NCBI GenBank assembly: GCA_049999805.1
Contig: JBNGIO010006317.1
Span: 274,182-311,655, forward strand
Reading direction: 5' to 3'
DNA from: Folioceros fuciformis
Lineage: Eukaryota
Length of the DNA stretch: 37,474 nucleotides
In this document: positions 21,322 to 31,700 of the stretch, one piece after another
Layout: each line of letters begins with the position of its first letter
Position numbering within the stretch: the stretch's first letter is position 1
Notes under the pieces: generated by a model
Told to the model about the DNA's origin: nothing
What the model saw: only the letters and a program-made list of their open reading frames with translations
Database searches by the model: none
Program-made: the position numbers and the translations under genes

Positions 21322-22929
21322 AAAACCACGATATATATTTAAGAATCCTCATGTCCCTATATGGGGGCAGAAGGGTTCTTAAATCACATCCATGTTATAT
21401 AATAAAAATAATGTGATGCCACCTACACAAGTAGAGGTTAGAGCTCACGAGTTAGCAATATAATGTAATACTTTTTGTTACAATGTTTAATACGGTTTTT
21501 GTAATGGGTAGTTATAGTTCCAAAAATGTTACAATTTGCTTGTTACCAAACCTAGCTCTTATAACATTGTGTAACACTTTTGATAAGCATTACAATCATG
21601 TGTTATATAAAGTGTTACAAACTACCCCCTAATGTAGTGGCAAATGGCCTTATAGTGGGCGCACAATGGGAGACATTACTAGAGGGCAAGGACATGTTGC
21701 AAAGGGATAAGTATGAAGGGGGGCCAGAGCTACAAGGCACCAACGGAAGAGCACAACGAGGGTGGATGGCCAAGATGGGGAGGAGTTTGAAGTTGCAGGT
21801 GTAGAGAATATGGCTAATGGGGGTCCCAGGGGGTGGGAGTTGGATTTGTGTGCTTGTTTTCTTTGCTAGACAATAGTCCTTTGCTGCTCACAGCATAGGC
21901 TATGCAATGGGCACGTGTTTGATATGTGTAGTGCACTTGGTGTTGTGACTAATATGTAGGGTGTTTGTGTAGCTTACGTTAACAAGCAGTACCAATTCTA
22001 CTTTCGTATATGTGGTGTAATCAATGGGGCTTCTTATCATGTCCCCTAGTTGGTCTTGGAGAACAATAAGCAAGGCTCCATTGTTTTCAACATGTATGTT
22101 AATGTAGTGCAAAAGTTTGGGCACCCTCAATGAATTCGCTCGAACTATGCAGCACAACACAACGTCATACCAATTATGCACGGCCTAAAGCCTAGAGTAA
22201 CAACGTCATCTGTGGTTCTTTGGTGCATAATCAGTTGATCGTGTCGTTTTCCAAGTTTCTATCGTTATTTGCAACTTCATGCAAGGCTATGCTTTGTAGA
22301 AGTTTTATGTCTAGGTCTTTTTATGCAACATATTATTGATAATTGGAAACCTTAAACTGGTGCAAAGAAATTGAGAGCTCTTGGTAGGTGCTAGGGAAGA
22401 AAGGGGCCTTCTTGTACGAGGCTACTTGCTTGCTTTAGTGAGAAGCATTGAATTGGACATCACCAACCTATGGCACATCTCTTCACTGCATGTGATATTC
22501 ATGCCCACCATGAGGGCAGAGTTGGAATGGTGGAGGTAAGTATGGAATAGATATTAGGTGTAGTGGATGATAGCTATAGACAAGGACATCCCCGTCCATG
22601 TACTTGTGATTGCTTCCCAAGAATAAGAGTTGGCTGCATGGGTTGGATCAGCCATCTACACATGATGTAGTGAACGATGATGAATAGAAGTACAATGTTG
22701 GTGACCCACAATATGTGTAGAATGGTGCACTTAAAATGCTCTTGCTAAGGAGGATTGAGTTGCTCAATAGGGTAAGAAATTGCAAGGTTAGAGGCCTTAT
22801 GTGGTGCTTTTGCTATTGTTTCTTGCTAGGCCTACATATTGTGGCTGCAGATTACAATAGTTGTCTATCACTTGCACACCTTTAGGTGAGCAATTGCAAC
22901 GTTGAGCACTCGTTTGCTCTAATTTCTTG

Positions 22930-23470
22930 TTGCCTTGGAGGTGGCCTTGCACTTTGTAGCTGTAGGTTGTACTTGAAGATTGCCTTGTAGATGACCTTGC
23001 ACTTTGTGGAGGCAAGTTGTACTTGAAGATTTCGTGGTGGATGGCCTTGTACATTGCAATTGTAAAGTATAGTTGTAGTTTGTAGTTGCAAATCAATTGC
23101 TTGCATATTGCTTGGCATATGGGCCTTGCAAATTGTAGTTGAGGATTGTAGTTGTACATTGCCTTGCAAATTGCTGTTGCCTTGCACTTTGCCTTCCAGA
23201 TTGCCTTTTATATGACCTTGCACTATGAATTTCATTCCCTCTTAGCTATGTCTTGCATCCTTAGGCCTCCCTATAGTGATACACTCTAGTGCCCTTGTGA
23301 TCCTTCAATGCTATGCTATACGTGCGCTTGGTCGCTTGCATTGGGGGTGATCATTGCACTCCCCCTCCAATCTTTCTTTCAACACTTAGTTCCTTGCATG
23401 GAGGGTGATCATTGCACTCCCCTTGCGATCTTTCAAGGATTGTGTACTTGGTCCCATTGCATTGGGGGCT
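22930..23470 (+). repeat. Degenerate short-period repeats (G(A/G)CCTTGCA..TTGT / GTTGTAC units; three TTGCAT.G.GGG.TGAT..T units at ~23336-23476)
   Basis: Recurring words seen by eye; no clean consensus. Confidence 0.6.
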
Positions 23471-23916
23471 GATATTACGGCCACATTATCTATGGAAGCC
23501 CTAGACTCAAACTCTAAGAAAAAACTGATGTAACACGATCGTGGCTAAGAGAAACTTAGTCACACACAATTAACTTGCTTTTTGTCAGGAAAAAAGAAAG
23601 ATGTAAGTGAGGAAAGTTGTCGTCGGGATTGCCCCGATACAGCCAAGTTTGTGATGCCAAAAATAGCCGCCGTGTGCAGAGGGCCCAAATTTACTATCAC
23701 GGAGGGTTACTATCACAGATGTGGGAACATAGAGCCCGTTGCCACATCTGGGCACTCGTTGTCTGTTCGATAGAAAAAATACAGTATATGCAATGGGATC
23801 TTTCTTGCCTGGCAGCTTCACCACAATTAACAGAGGAGTCCCCTTCCTTGTTAAAGATCACGTAAACAACACAAAGAGCCTTTACAAAACAGTTTTTAGT
23901 ACACAGCAGAAGCATT

Positions 23917-25665
23917 CTAGTCGATCTTTGCATGGACATACTCTTTGTATAGAAAGTTCTTCTCGGATTCCTTGAGGAGGTACAGGAGCCCTGCACTCAG
24001 GATAGATGCACCAGCAAGCAGCATCCTCGCAAACATCTCTGGAGGAACCCCTGCCGTAGCTGCAAACAAGACGATGGCCCCTAGAAGTACCTTCTCCAAG
24101 GTCTTGAATTGCTCATGAGCGTTCCTGCAGGAGGAGCAGACCAAGGTGTGCTGCTCGTATCTGTCAAGCATTTGCCGTTTCGACAGCACTGTGGAAGGAG
24201 GCGGCTTGGCGAGTTCCGTGCCGGCAAACCACTCCGGTTGGCCCTTTCCATGGAGCCGCAACCACTTCCGAAAAGCCAGCACGAATCTATCTGCTTGCGT
24301 GGGAGTGAAAGTCAGTTTCGTGTACTGCTTGTTCACATCCTCACCAGATGTTCTGGAAGAGGCCAGAAAAGTCTTCTCCTGCCCCTGTAGCACGATCATG
24401 TCACCATCGTACACCTTGTTGGATGTCCAGTGTTCGTGCCATCTCGGCACAAGCTGCCACCACTTGTTGCCAGGCATGAGGAACTGGAAAAAGTTACGGG
24501 CACTGCATACTATGGATCTAGTTTTGCCTGGAGCCATGGGGATGTTAAATGAGCAGATGTATATTACCCACGTCTGGTCTCCAACAATTGGCAGCTTCAC
24601 AGGCAGCTCCACCTTGTTCTCGAAATAGCATGGAGGATAGAACCCGGAGGTGATCTTCGGCGTATCCGAGTTCGAGCCCTCAAACCCCCAGAACCCTGAG
24701 TCTGTGACCTTGAAGGGGAGAGGCTTCGCCCTGTCTCTCCTGCCAGTCACCTTGTGGTGTGCGAAGTCGATGTGCGAGGGGTCTGATACGTTCTCCATCA
24801 GTGTGTCGTACCCATAGTACAGATCCCGCTGAATCGTTACAGTGGAATAGCTCGGATCACTGAATGCTGAAGGCAGCTTCGGTGGAGACACAGAAGCCGA
24901 CTTCTCCCAACCTTTCTCATCAGGCCACACAAACAGCAACCCGTCCGAGACAAGAGTGGGAAAGCTGACGGCACACGCTTTCTTGGCAAACACAGCCTTC
25001 GCCTCCACTCCTTCACTCGCTGCCTGCGGAATTCGCCCACAGGATCCATCGGACTTGAACGACCATCCATGGTAGGAGCACTGTAACCACCCATCCTCAT
25101 CAATTCTCCCTTCGGACAGTGGGGCCAGCCTGTGGGGACACTTGTCATCAAAAGCCCTCCAGTTCCCCTCCTTGTCCTTCCACAGTACAATCTCCCTCCC
25201 CAGCAGCTGGAAAGGAGTAGGCATTCGAGGATCCAAATCCTCGATCAACGACACCGGGTACCAATGGTCCCTCCACGAGAACTTGTCACTCCCCCGCATC
25301 CCCTCTTGCTGGTCCTCCTCTTCCTCTCCCACAGCCCTCCTGCTGCTCTCCCCCAGCTCCTGGCTGACATCCTCCGCCCTTCCCACCTCGGTCGCCACAG
25401 CACTAGCGGACAACCCTATTCCCCTCACGAATTTTCCCTCCCCATCTCTCCCCCACGCCTTCCCTCGTCCTCCAGCAGCCAATTCACCAGCTCCAGCTCC
25501 CGAGCTCTCCCTCCCCTGCCGCCGCACACAGAGCCTTGCACCATGTCTCAAACTCGCAGATGCAGTGCAAGGAAAGGAAACCAAACTTTCCACATTCCTT
25601 GCAACCGAGCTCCGCACGGCAGACGTGGAGAGATCGGAAATCGGAAGGTAACAACTCCCTGCCAT
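23917..25665 (-). CDS. PAO: Pheophorbide a oxygenase (ACD1/LLS1), chloroplast Rieske monooxygenase, 582 aa, single exon
   Basis: Rieske CPHRLAPLSEG...CSYHGW, mononuclear-iron ENVSDPSHIDFAHHK, CSSC motif, C-terminal hydrophobic helices and YVHAKID end. First in-frame ATG (25665) opens an S/A/R-rich transit-peptide-like region. Confidence 0.97.
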   Translation of the reverse strand: MAGSCYLPISDLSTSAVRSSVARNVESLVSFPCTASASLRHGARLCVRRQGRESSGAGAGELAAGGRGKAWGRDGEGKFVRGIGLSASAVATEVGRAEDVSQELGESSRRAVGEEEEDQQEGMRGSDKFSWRDHWYPVSLIEDLDPRMPTPFQLLGREIVLWKDKEGNWRAFDDKCPHRLAPLSEGRIDEDGWLQCSYHGWSFKSDGSCGRIPQAASEGVEAKAVFAKKACAVSFPTLVSDGLLFVWPDEKGWEKSASVSPPKLPSAFSDPSYSTVTIQRDLYYGYDTLMENVSDPSHIDFAHHKVTGRRDRAKPLPFKVTDSGFWGFEGSNSDTPKITSGFYPPCYFENKVELPVKLPIVGDQTWVIYICSFNIPMAPGKTRSIVCSARNFFQFLMPGNKWWQLVPRWHEHWTSNKVYDGDMIVLQGQEKTFLASSRTSGEDVNKQYTKLTFTPTQADRFVLAFRKWLRLHGKGQPEWFAGTELAKPPPSTVLSKRQMLDRYEQHTLVCSSCRNAHEQFKTLEKVLLGAIVLFAATAGVPPEMFARMLLAGASILSAGLLYLLKESEKNFLYKEYVHAKID

Positions 25666-26848
25666 GTGCAATACCGAAAACCAGAATTGTGCAGAGCTCG
25701 AGACCGGCAAACTCAGAGATGCCCGAATGCAGCAGGGAAGGCACAGAAGCCGTGACCCAAATGGCCGAGGTGGCCCGACATGGACAGGGCGTGCGTGCCG
25801 TGGCAAGGCGTGAGCTTGTGCTGGACGCAAGCGACGAGCCGAGCTGCCGCCACGCTCCGAAGGACACGCCCTCCTTCTCGGTGGTTTCCTTTAGTTCCTG
25901 ACCCTTTTCACACCGGCAGCTCCGGGCAAGCGGTTTCACGGAGTCCGTCCCCCGGCCCAACCGCTGCAGCGACGGTGTAAGGGGATACTCCGGCTGAACT
26001 TTCCCCTGCGTTACAGGAATCGACGGTTTCAGACGGGAGGAGTTTCATCTGACTCCGATGCTGGAACGCCTATTCATAAAGCGCTTCCACCGATTGTCTT
26101 CTATGTGCGCAGCGGCTGCGACTTGGAGTTCGGCATCGGGAGGTGTGCTGCGGATCGCAGGATGTGCAGAGCTTGGACTGTGGCAGATTGGCATGTGCCT
26201 TCTTTGAATTGGCATCGCAGATGCTGCACGTCACGTAAAGAGGGAGGGGGTTTTTGTTTGTCAGGGGATGAGTCTGTCTCACGCACGTCGCGCACCTGCA
26301 TGCGCCGGGCAGAGCAGAATAAAGTGCATCTCATGGCTTAGCGAGAGGTTCCGCACAAGGAGGCCTGCATTCAGACAGAGACATGGGCCGGAAAAAGAAG
26401 GGAAATAGAAAGGGAACAGCGAAAGATTGGGGAGTTGCTAGGGTTGAGACTTCGTAGGCCATTAAAGTGCCTGAGGTATCATATGGTCTCCCTGATGCAC
26501 GCCACTGAGAAAGCATCTTCCATCGCAAGCGTATGAGGATGACTGATTGAGAATGTCTACCTGCTGCAGCGAGGGAACTCGATCCAAGCCGCCCTGTTGG
26601 ATGGGATGGTGCGATGAACATATCTCCTTTCCAATTTAGCTGACACCACCAGCACGGGTACATCAGAGGTGAAGTCTGTAAGGCAAGTAAGCAAAGAAGC
26701 ATGGGGCCATTGGTAAGGGCTGGCTTGTGAGCATCCGGAGCTAGTTCAGTTGATGAGAAAACAGAACCGTGGATTTTGTTGCACCCGTGACCCGACTGCA
26801 AGCCAGTTTGTGCGCGGCCTGAGGAAACTATGTGGAGATAGCCTGTCT

Positions 26849-28031
26849 ATGGGGAATCAACAAGTTTGTCTCACAGGAAGTTGGAGGCCAGCATGTTGTA
26901 AGTTCCCCTAAACAGCCTCAGGGTTGCAATATCTCGCCAAATTCGGTAGTTGCAGATTAATGAAATTGGAGAGTTCATACCTCGTTTGCATAGACCTCCA
27001 CTTAGCTTGGCTAGATCTGGCTACTCTATGTATGCGGGAACGTACAATAATAGCGCCTGTTGCCGCCTTCAGTGTTTCCATGGGAGATGTTAGACGCGAG
27101 TTGCAAGTACCTGTGGCTCAAAGGAAAAGGTCCCGGACTGACGAGAGACAGCTTCAAGAAAATCCCTGGGATCACAAAATGTAAAACGCTTTGCACATCC
27201 TACTTGCTAGACTTTTCACCTCCTCAACTCCTGGTCGGGCTGCAGTCGCATAGTAGAGGTTCTTACAAAAACAAACTGTCTGAACGATTCTGTCCAATTC
27301 CTTGTCTGAAAGGTACATGTTGTCTGCGGGAACAGCAGGAAACTTTTGTGCAGATATGCTCTTTAGGGACATTGATACTAATGGCGATGGGAAAGCAACG
27401 TTTATTGAGATTTGTGAAGCCTTGGTAGCGTACAGGGACACAGGCACACCAGGCTCTCTACTTCGAGGTGAGACCCTTGCAGAGTTTCAGCTGAAATGCT
27501 CGGAACAGTCCGTACCGGATATCTGCATTTCATGGAATTCACCTTCGACTCCGTTACGGCAGCTCGTGGCTGACACACCATTTGATATGTATGCAGTGTT
27601 GTTTGACTTCTACGATCACAATGCGGATGGAGTTTTATCTAGGGCAGAGCTAGAGGCTGCTATGCAGATCGCTTCCCCTAGTCTTCACCCGATTCCACGA
27701 GCTCAGCTTGATGGGGTAAGTGACCTCAGCAGTTGAGGATTCAACAGCAGACCCGGCACTGGACAAGCAGAAGTTTTAAGATAGTAGGTTGGTGAAATAA
27801 TTACGGACGAAAGGAAAATGGGGAGCAAGGCTGCACACACGGTTGCCTACGTCTGACAGGGTGTCAATTCAATCAACGTATCATTTCATATACTAAGACA
27901 CAACCTTGCCTTTCTGGATGCAGCTCGTGTCAAGTATCCTTGAGCGGTTTGACTTCGATAAGGATGGTGCATTGAATTACACAGAGTTCTCCACTCTGAT
28001 GAGAGACACCGGCATGGATTTGACTGGATGA
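26849..28031 (+). CDS. Calcineurin-B/CBL-like EF-hand Ca2+-binding protein, ~165-171 aa; predicted exons 26849-26897, 27073-27180, 27336 (or 27354)-27467, 27597-27715, 27924-28031
   Basis: Three EF loops DTNGDGKATFIE, DHNADGVLSRAE and DFDKDGALNYTE, plus degenerate EF1 (GPGLTRDSF). Four GT-AG introns with consistent phases 1,1,1,0. Begins MGNQQVC. The last three exons are firmer than the first two. Confidence 0.78.
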
Positions 28032-28787
28032 AAAAAAAAAACCCACTCAGAACCGCATGCCAGAGCCTAGCAGTGAGGGCGGATAAGAATGGGAGGCCTC
28101 ACTTGCACAAACCATCAGGGCTGAAGCACTATACACTTGAGTTAAACCCAACTCTGATAGTGTTACAGCTGAAGGCGTTGCCATCCAGCTTCTGACAGGT
28201 AGAGTAGGTCCACCGTACCTTCACGGAGGTTCACAGTCGAACTCCTGACTTCATGTACCAGCCAAGCAGAATGAGTGAATGCCCAAAGTTGTGAGATCTC
28301 ATCTCATAACCACTGTGTTCTGTATGGATGAAGTTGTTATGGCCGTTGTCCACGAGCCACTGTTCAAATGGAACTGTATCATACACCAGCAGAAATAACA
28401 ATTAGTCCACATTTCTTAGTTGTCGAAACCCACTACCATTTTAGTTGCTATAGCTTTCTAAAAATAATGAAAGGAATTCATTTGTTTGAAAAAGTCCCTC
28501 AAGCAAAGTACATAGCTCCTGGACGGACTTACTGTATCGTCAACTCTTTCGTTTGGACAAGGGTTTGGATAGTAGAGAAGATCTCGAAGAAATGCGTTCT
28601 GCCAAATTTCACAAGGATAATCAGTGATGAACGCGAAGAAGAATTCTTATGAAATCCTCTCCTGCGTTAAAAACCAAGCCACAGAGGTTCCACTATGCTA
28701 TCAATGGTGTAAAAACGGCAAGATCTTGCCCACATTGTACTTTTCTACCCAGAAGCAGATAAATCCCTCGATCTGCATTGCATTCAT

Positions 28788-31700
28788 TCAGCCCTGGAAG
28801 TATGCTGGCCTTGTGAAGCTGTCCATACCTGCGGAAATTGCTGGCGAGCTTCGAGGAACCCGTACGATAGGGGCTCTACCATCAGATGAATGGTGTCTCA
28901 CCCTGTCAGCTCTTACAGGTTCCTGCCTAACACGAGGCTCATCCTTGACCGCATGAGACTGACCCACGTTCGAGTGATCACTTCTTGATCGGGGCACCCC
29001 GGAACTTGTAGCTTGACTTTTGCGCTGGGGCACCTTAGGTTGCACAGGTAAATGCTTCTCGCCCGAGGCCTGAATTTTGGTCTTGGCAAGTTGAAGAGCC
29101 CTCAAAATCTGATTTATATCATTCCCTGAGGACTGCTCAACACGAGGTGGCTGATCGGATTCCCTTGAGTGTAAATTCGGCTTGCTAGAGAGACCAGCTC
29201 CCCCCACAACACGACCTGCAGGAATACCATGATGTCGCGTAGACACGTTTCTGCCTACTTGAGGACCATAAGATGACTCTGTAACACCATGATATTGCTG
29301 TTGGGGCTGCCTTACCGCTGCGAGGGGGTGGGAGACATGCGGAGCTGATAAATGAGGCATTTGAGATAACGCGATCCCATCATAGTTAGCGACTCTGGCC
29401 CGCATTGCCTCTCTGTCCAAAACATTCGCACCTTCTCCAGCATAGCTCGGCAAGGCCAGGTACGACTGTGGCTGGTTTGGGGTTTCAGGATGATATGCTG
29501 GCTCTCTACCACCATGTGCTGAAAACTGGACTCCTCTGCCGGTGGAGGGATGACTTTGGCTATCCCTGGGAGCTACTGAGGAATAGGACACTTCTCCTAC
29601 ACGTTGACTCCTTAGAATGTCTTGAGGCTGTCCTTGCATGTCTGTAGACCCGTTGTGTGTCCTAATCGGATCATCGTATGGCCCAGTCACTTCCCCACCA
29701 TCACCCTCACCGGCATAGCTAGGTAAAGCTAATATGGGCTTTGGATCATCGTCCTTCGCGACTCGTGTTGTTGATGGACCCTTCAAACCTGCAGCAGGTT
29801 CTGACTGCTGTTGACGCTGGCTCAACTCTGTGGTCACATTTGGTCGTACACTTGCCGAAGTGTGGAGCTGGAGACCTTCCTCTCTAGAACCAATTGCCCC
29901 TCTCTGCGACCCAATACCCTCCTCCCCCTCCCCTGCATAACTTGGTAGTGCCAGGTAGGTCTGCGACTGATCAGAACTTAAGCCCGTACTGCTTGCAGTA
30001 TCATGGACCCTCCTATTGTCAGTTAACCCCCTCGCAGGAACCGACTCCTTGTCATCGTGCTCGCGAACGTCCTGGTAGTGTGGGACAGATGCAGGCACCT
30101 GCACATTACGCATCTCCGCTGGAGAATTCCTAATATCGATCTCAGGTTGGCCAAGGGATAACTCTCCCTGTGGCCCAGGTGCTCTTGACCGCATCCCATT
30201 TGAAAGTGCTGAATTGGCAACTGGAGGGGGCCATCTACCAGTGGTGCCGTCTGCCTCCTTTGCCCTCATCAGAAACTCTTCTCTTTGTCTCCGGACATCT
30301 CTTGGCACAAGACCTGCATCATATGACTGCGACAAATACATTCCCTGGAAGCTACTGACGGGTTCTCTCCCTGGAAGATGATCACCCAGATAAGGCTGGG
30401 CATGAAATTTTTGAGGAGTCCGCTGTGGGCTAGCAAACTCAGCACGAGAATACGTAGGAGGGGCCCATCTCTCCAATCCTCTACCCAGACCTCTGTCATA
30501 CGGGTCGAAAACACCTAAATCTGCTGGACTTCTGTAGTAAGGCTGGAGTTCTCTACCGAGAGGCTCTCTTCCTGCATAACCTTGCCTCTGCCGTTCTCTT
30601 TCAGATTCCAGTTCCACCTGCCTGTAAAGAGGGTCAGCAGTGTCATAATATCTGCTCCTAAGTTCTTGCTCATAATATCGGTTTTCTGCTTCATAAGCTC
30701 TCCAGGCATGCTCATCAGAGAAGCCACCACCTATACTTCGGTGAGGTCTGTGGAATCTCTCCCTTTCGTAATATTGTGCCCTGTCTGGACTTCTGTATGG
30801 AGCCCGATAATCGGGCCTTGATCTTTGGAAATCAGAATACTGTGCCCTGTCATAGTCCACCCCTGGCACAGGAGGAGACCTGTTGCTGTCCTGAGCCCTG
30901 GAAAGCCTATCATAACCATAGTGCTCACCGTCTGAAGCATGCTCAGCTGGTAAGTATCGATCAGCCATTGGACCCACAAAGTCTGAGTCATTTTGTGAGC
31001 GGGATCTGTGCAACATTCCACCTCTTGATCCTGGAGCATATTCTCGTGGGTCATATGGCATTCGTTCCCGTCCAGGATCTCGCTTCTCGAACTCTGAGGG
31101 AAGAGCCTGGTTGGGATGACCTGCTCCGACCCTCTGTTCTCTGTAATCTACTGGGTCCTCTGGGTGTGCAGGGAGGCTACCGATGGCTGAATCATGAGAC
31201 TCTTGACGATCGGTGTGTGGGAATCCAGGCTGCTCTTGTTTTAGACCCGCCGGCAATTGTGCAGATACTGGATGCCCTCCTCCTGATTGACCATCATGCT
31301 CGGCAGGCTTTGCACCAGAGTGGAACCCATCTTCAGGCATACTCGGAAAACGGTCGTGTTCATGTTGCTGATCTGGAAGACGTTCAGTCAAGGTGGAGAT
31401 GGAGGGCTCCTCAGAGGTAGGATCTGTCACCTTGTTATCTGTAACCACTGGACTCGGTTCCTGGGACAGCTGTAATTCAGCTGGGCCTACACCTACTTCC
31501 TGATCAGTCACCCGTTTCTCTGCTGCAGGTATTTCCTCAAAAGGTTCTCTAACAAGTGCATCTGCTTCATTTCCCACAAGGACGTCTGCAGCACTCGTCA
31601 CAAGCCCAATTACAAGTCCTTCTTGCTCATCCATGCTCTCTTCAAGCGTCTGCTCAGGCATCCTTACTTCCAGGTCAGACCCTGGTGGTGTCGTTTCTAT

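Noticed and set aside
25666-25830. 55-aa N-terminal extension of PAO in the ORF track
   Set aside because: Begins at a non-ATG codon; ATG 25665 already gives a plausible transit peptide.
28031-28041. A11 run starting in the EF-hand stop codon, suggesting a retrocopy
   Set aside because: The gene has four predicted introns and no TSD; simple homopolymer.
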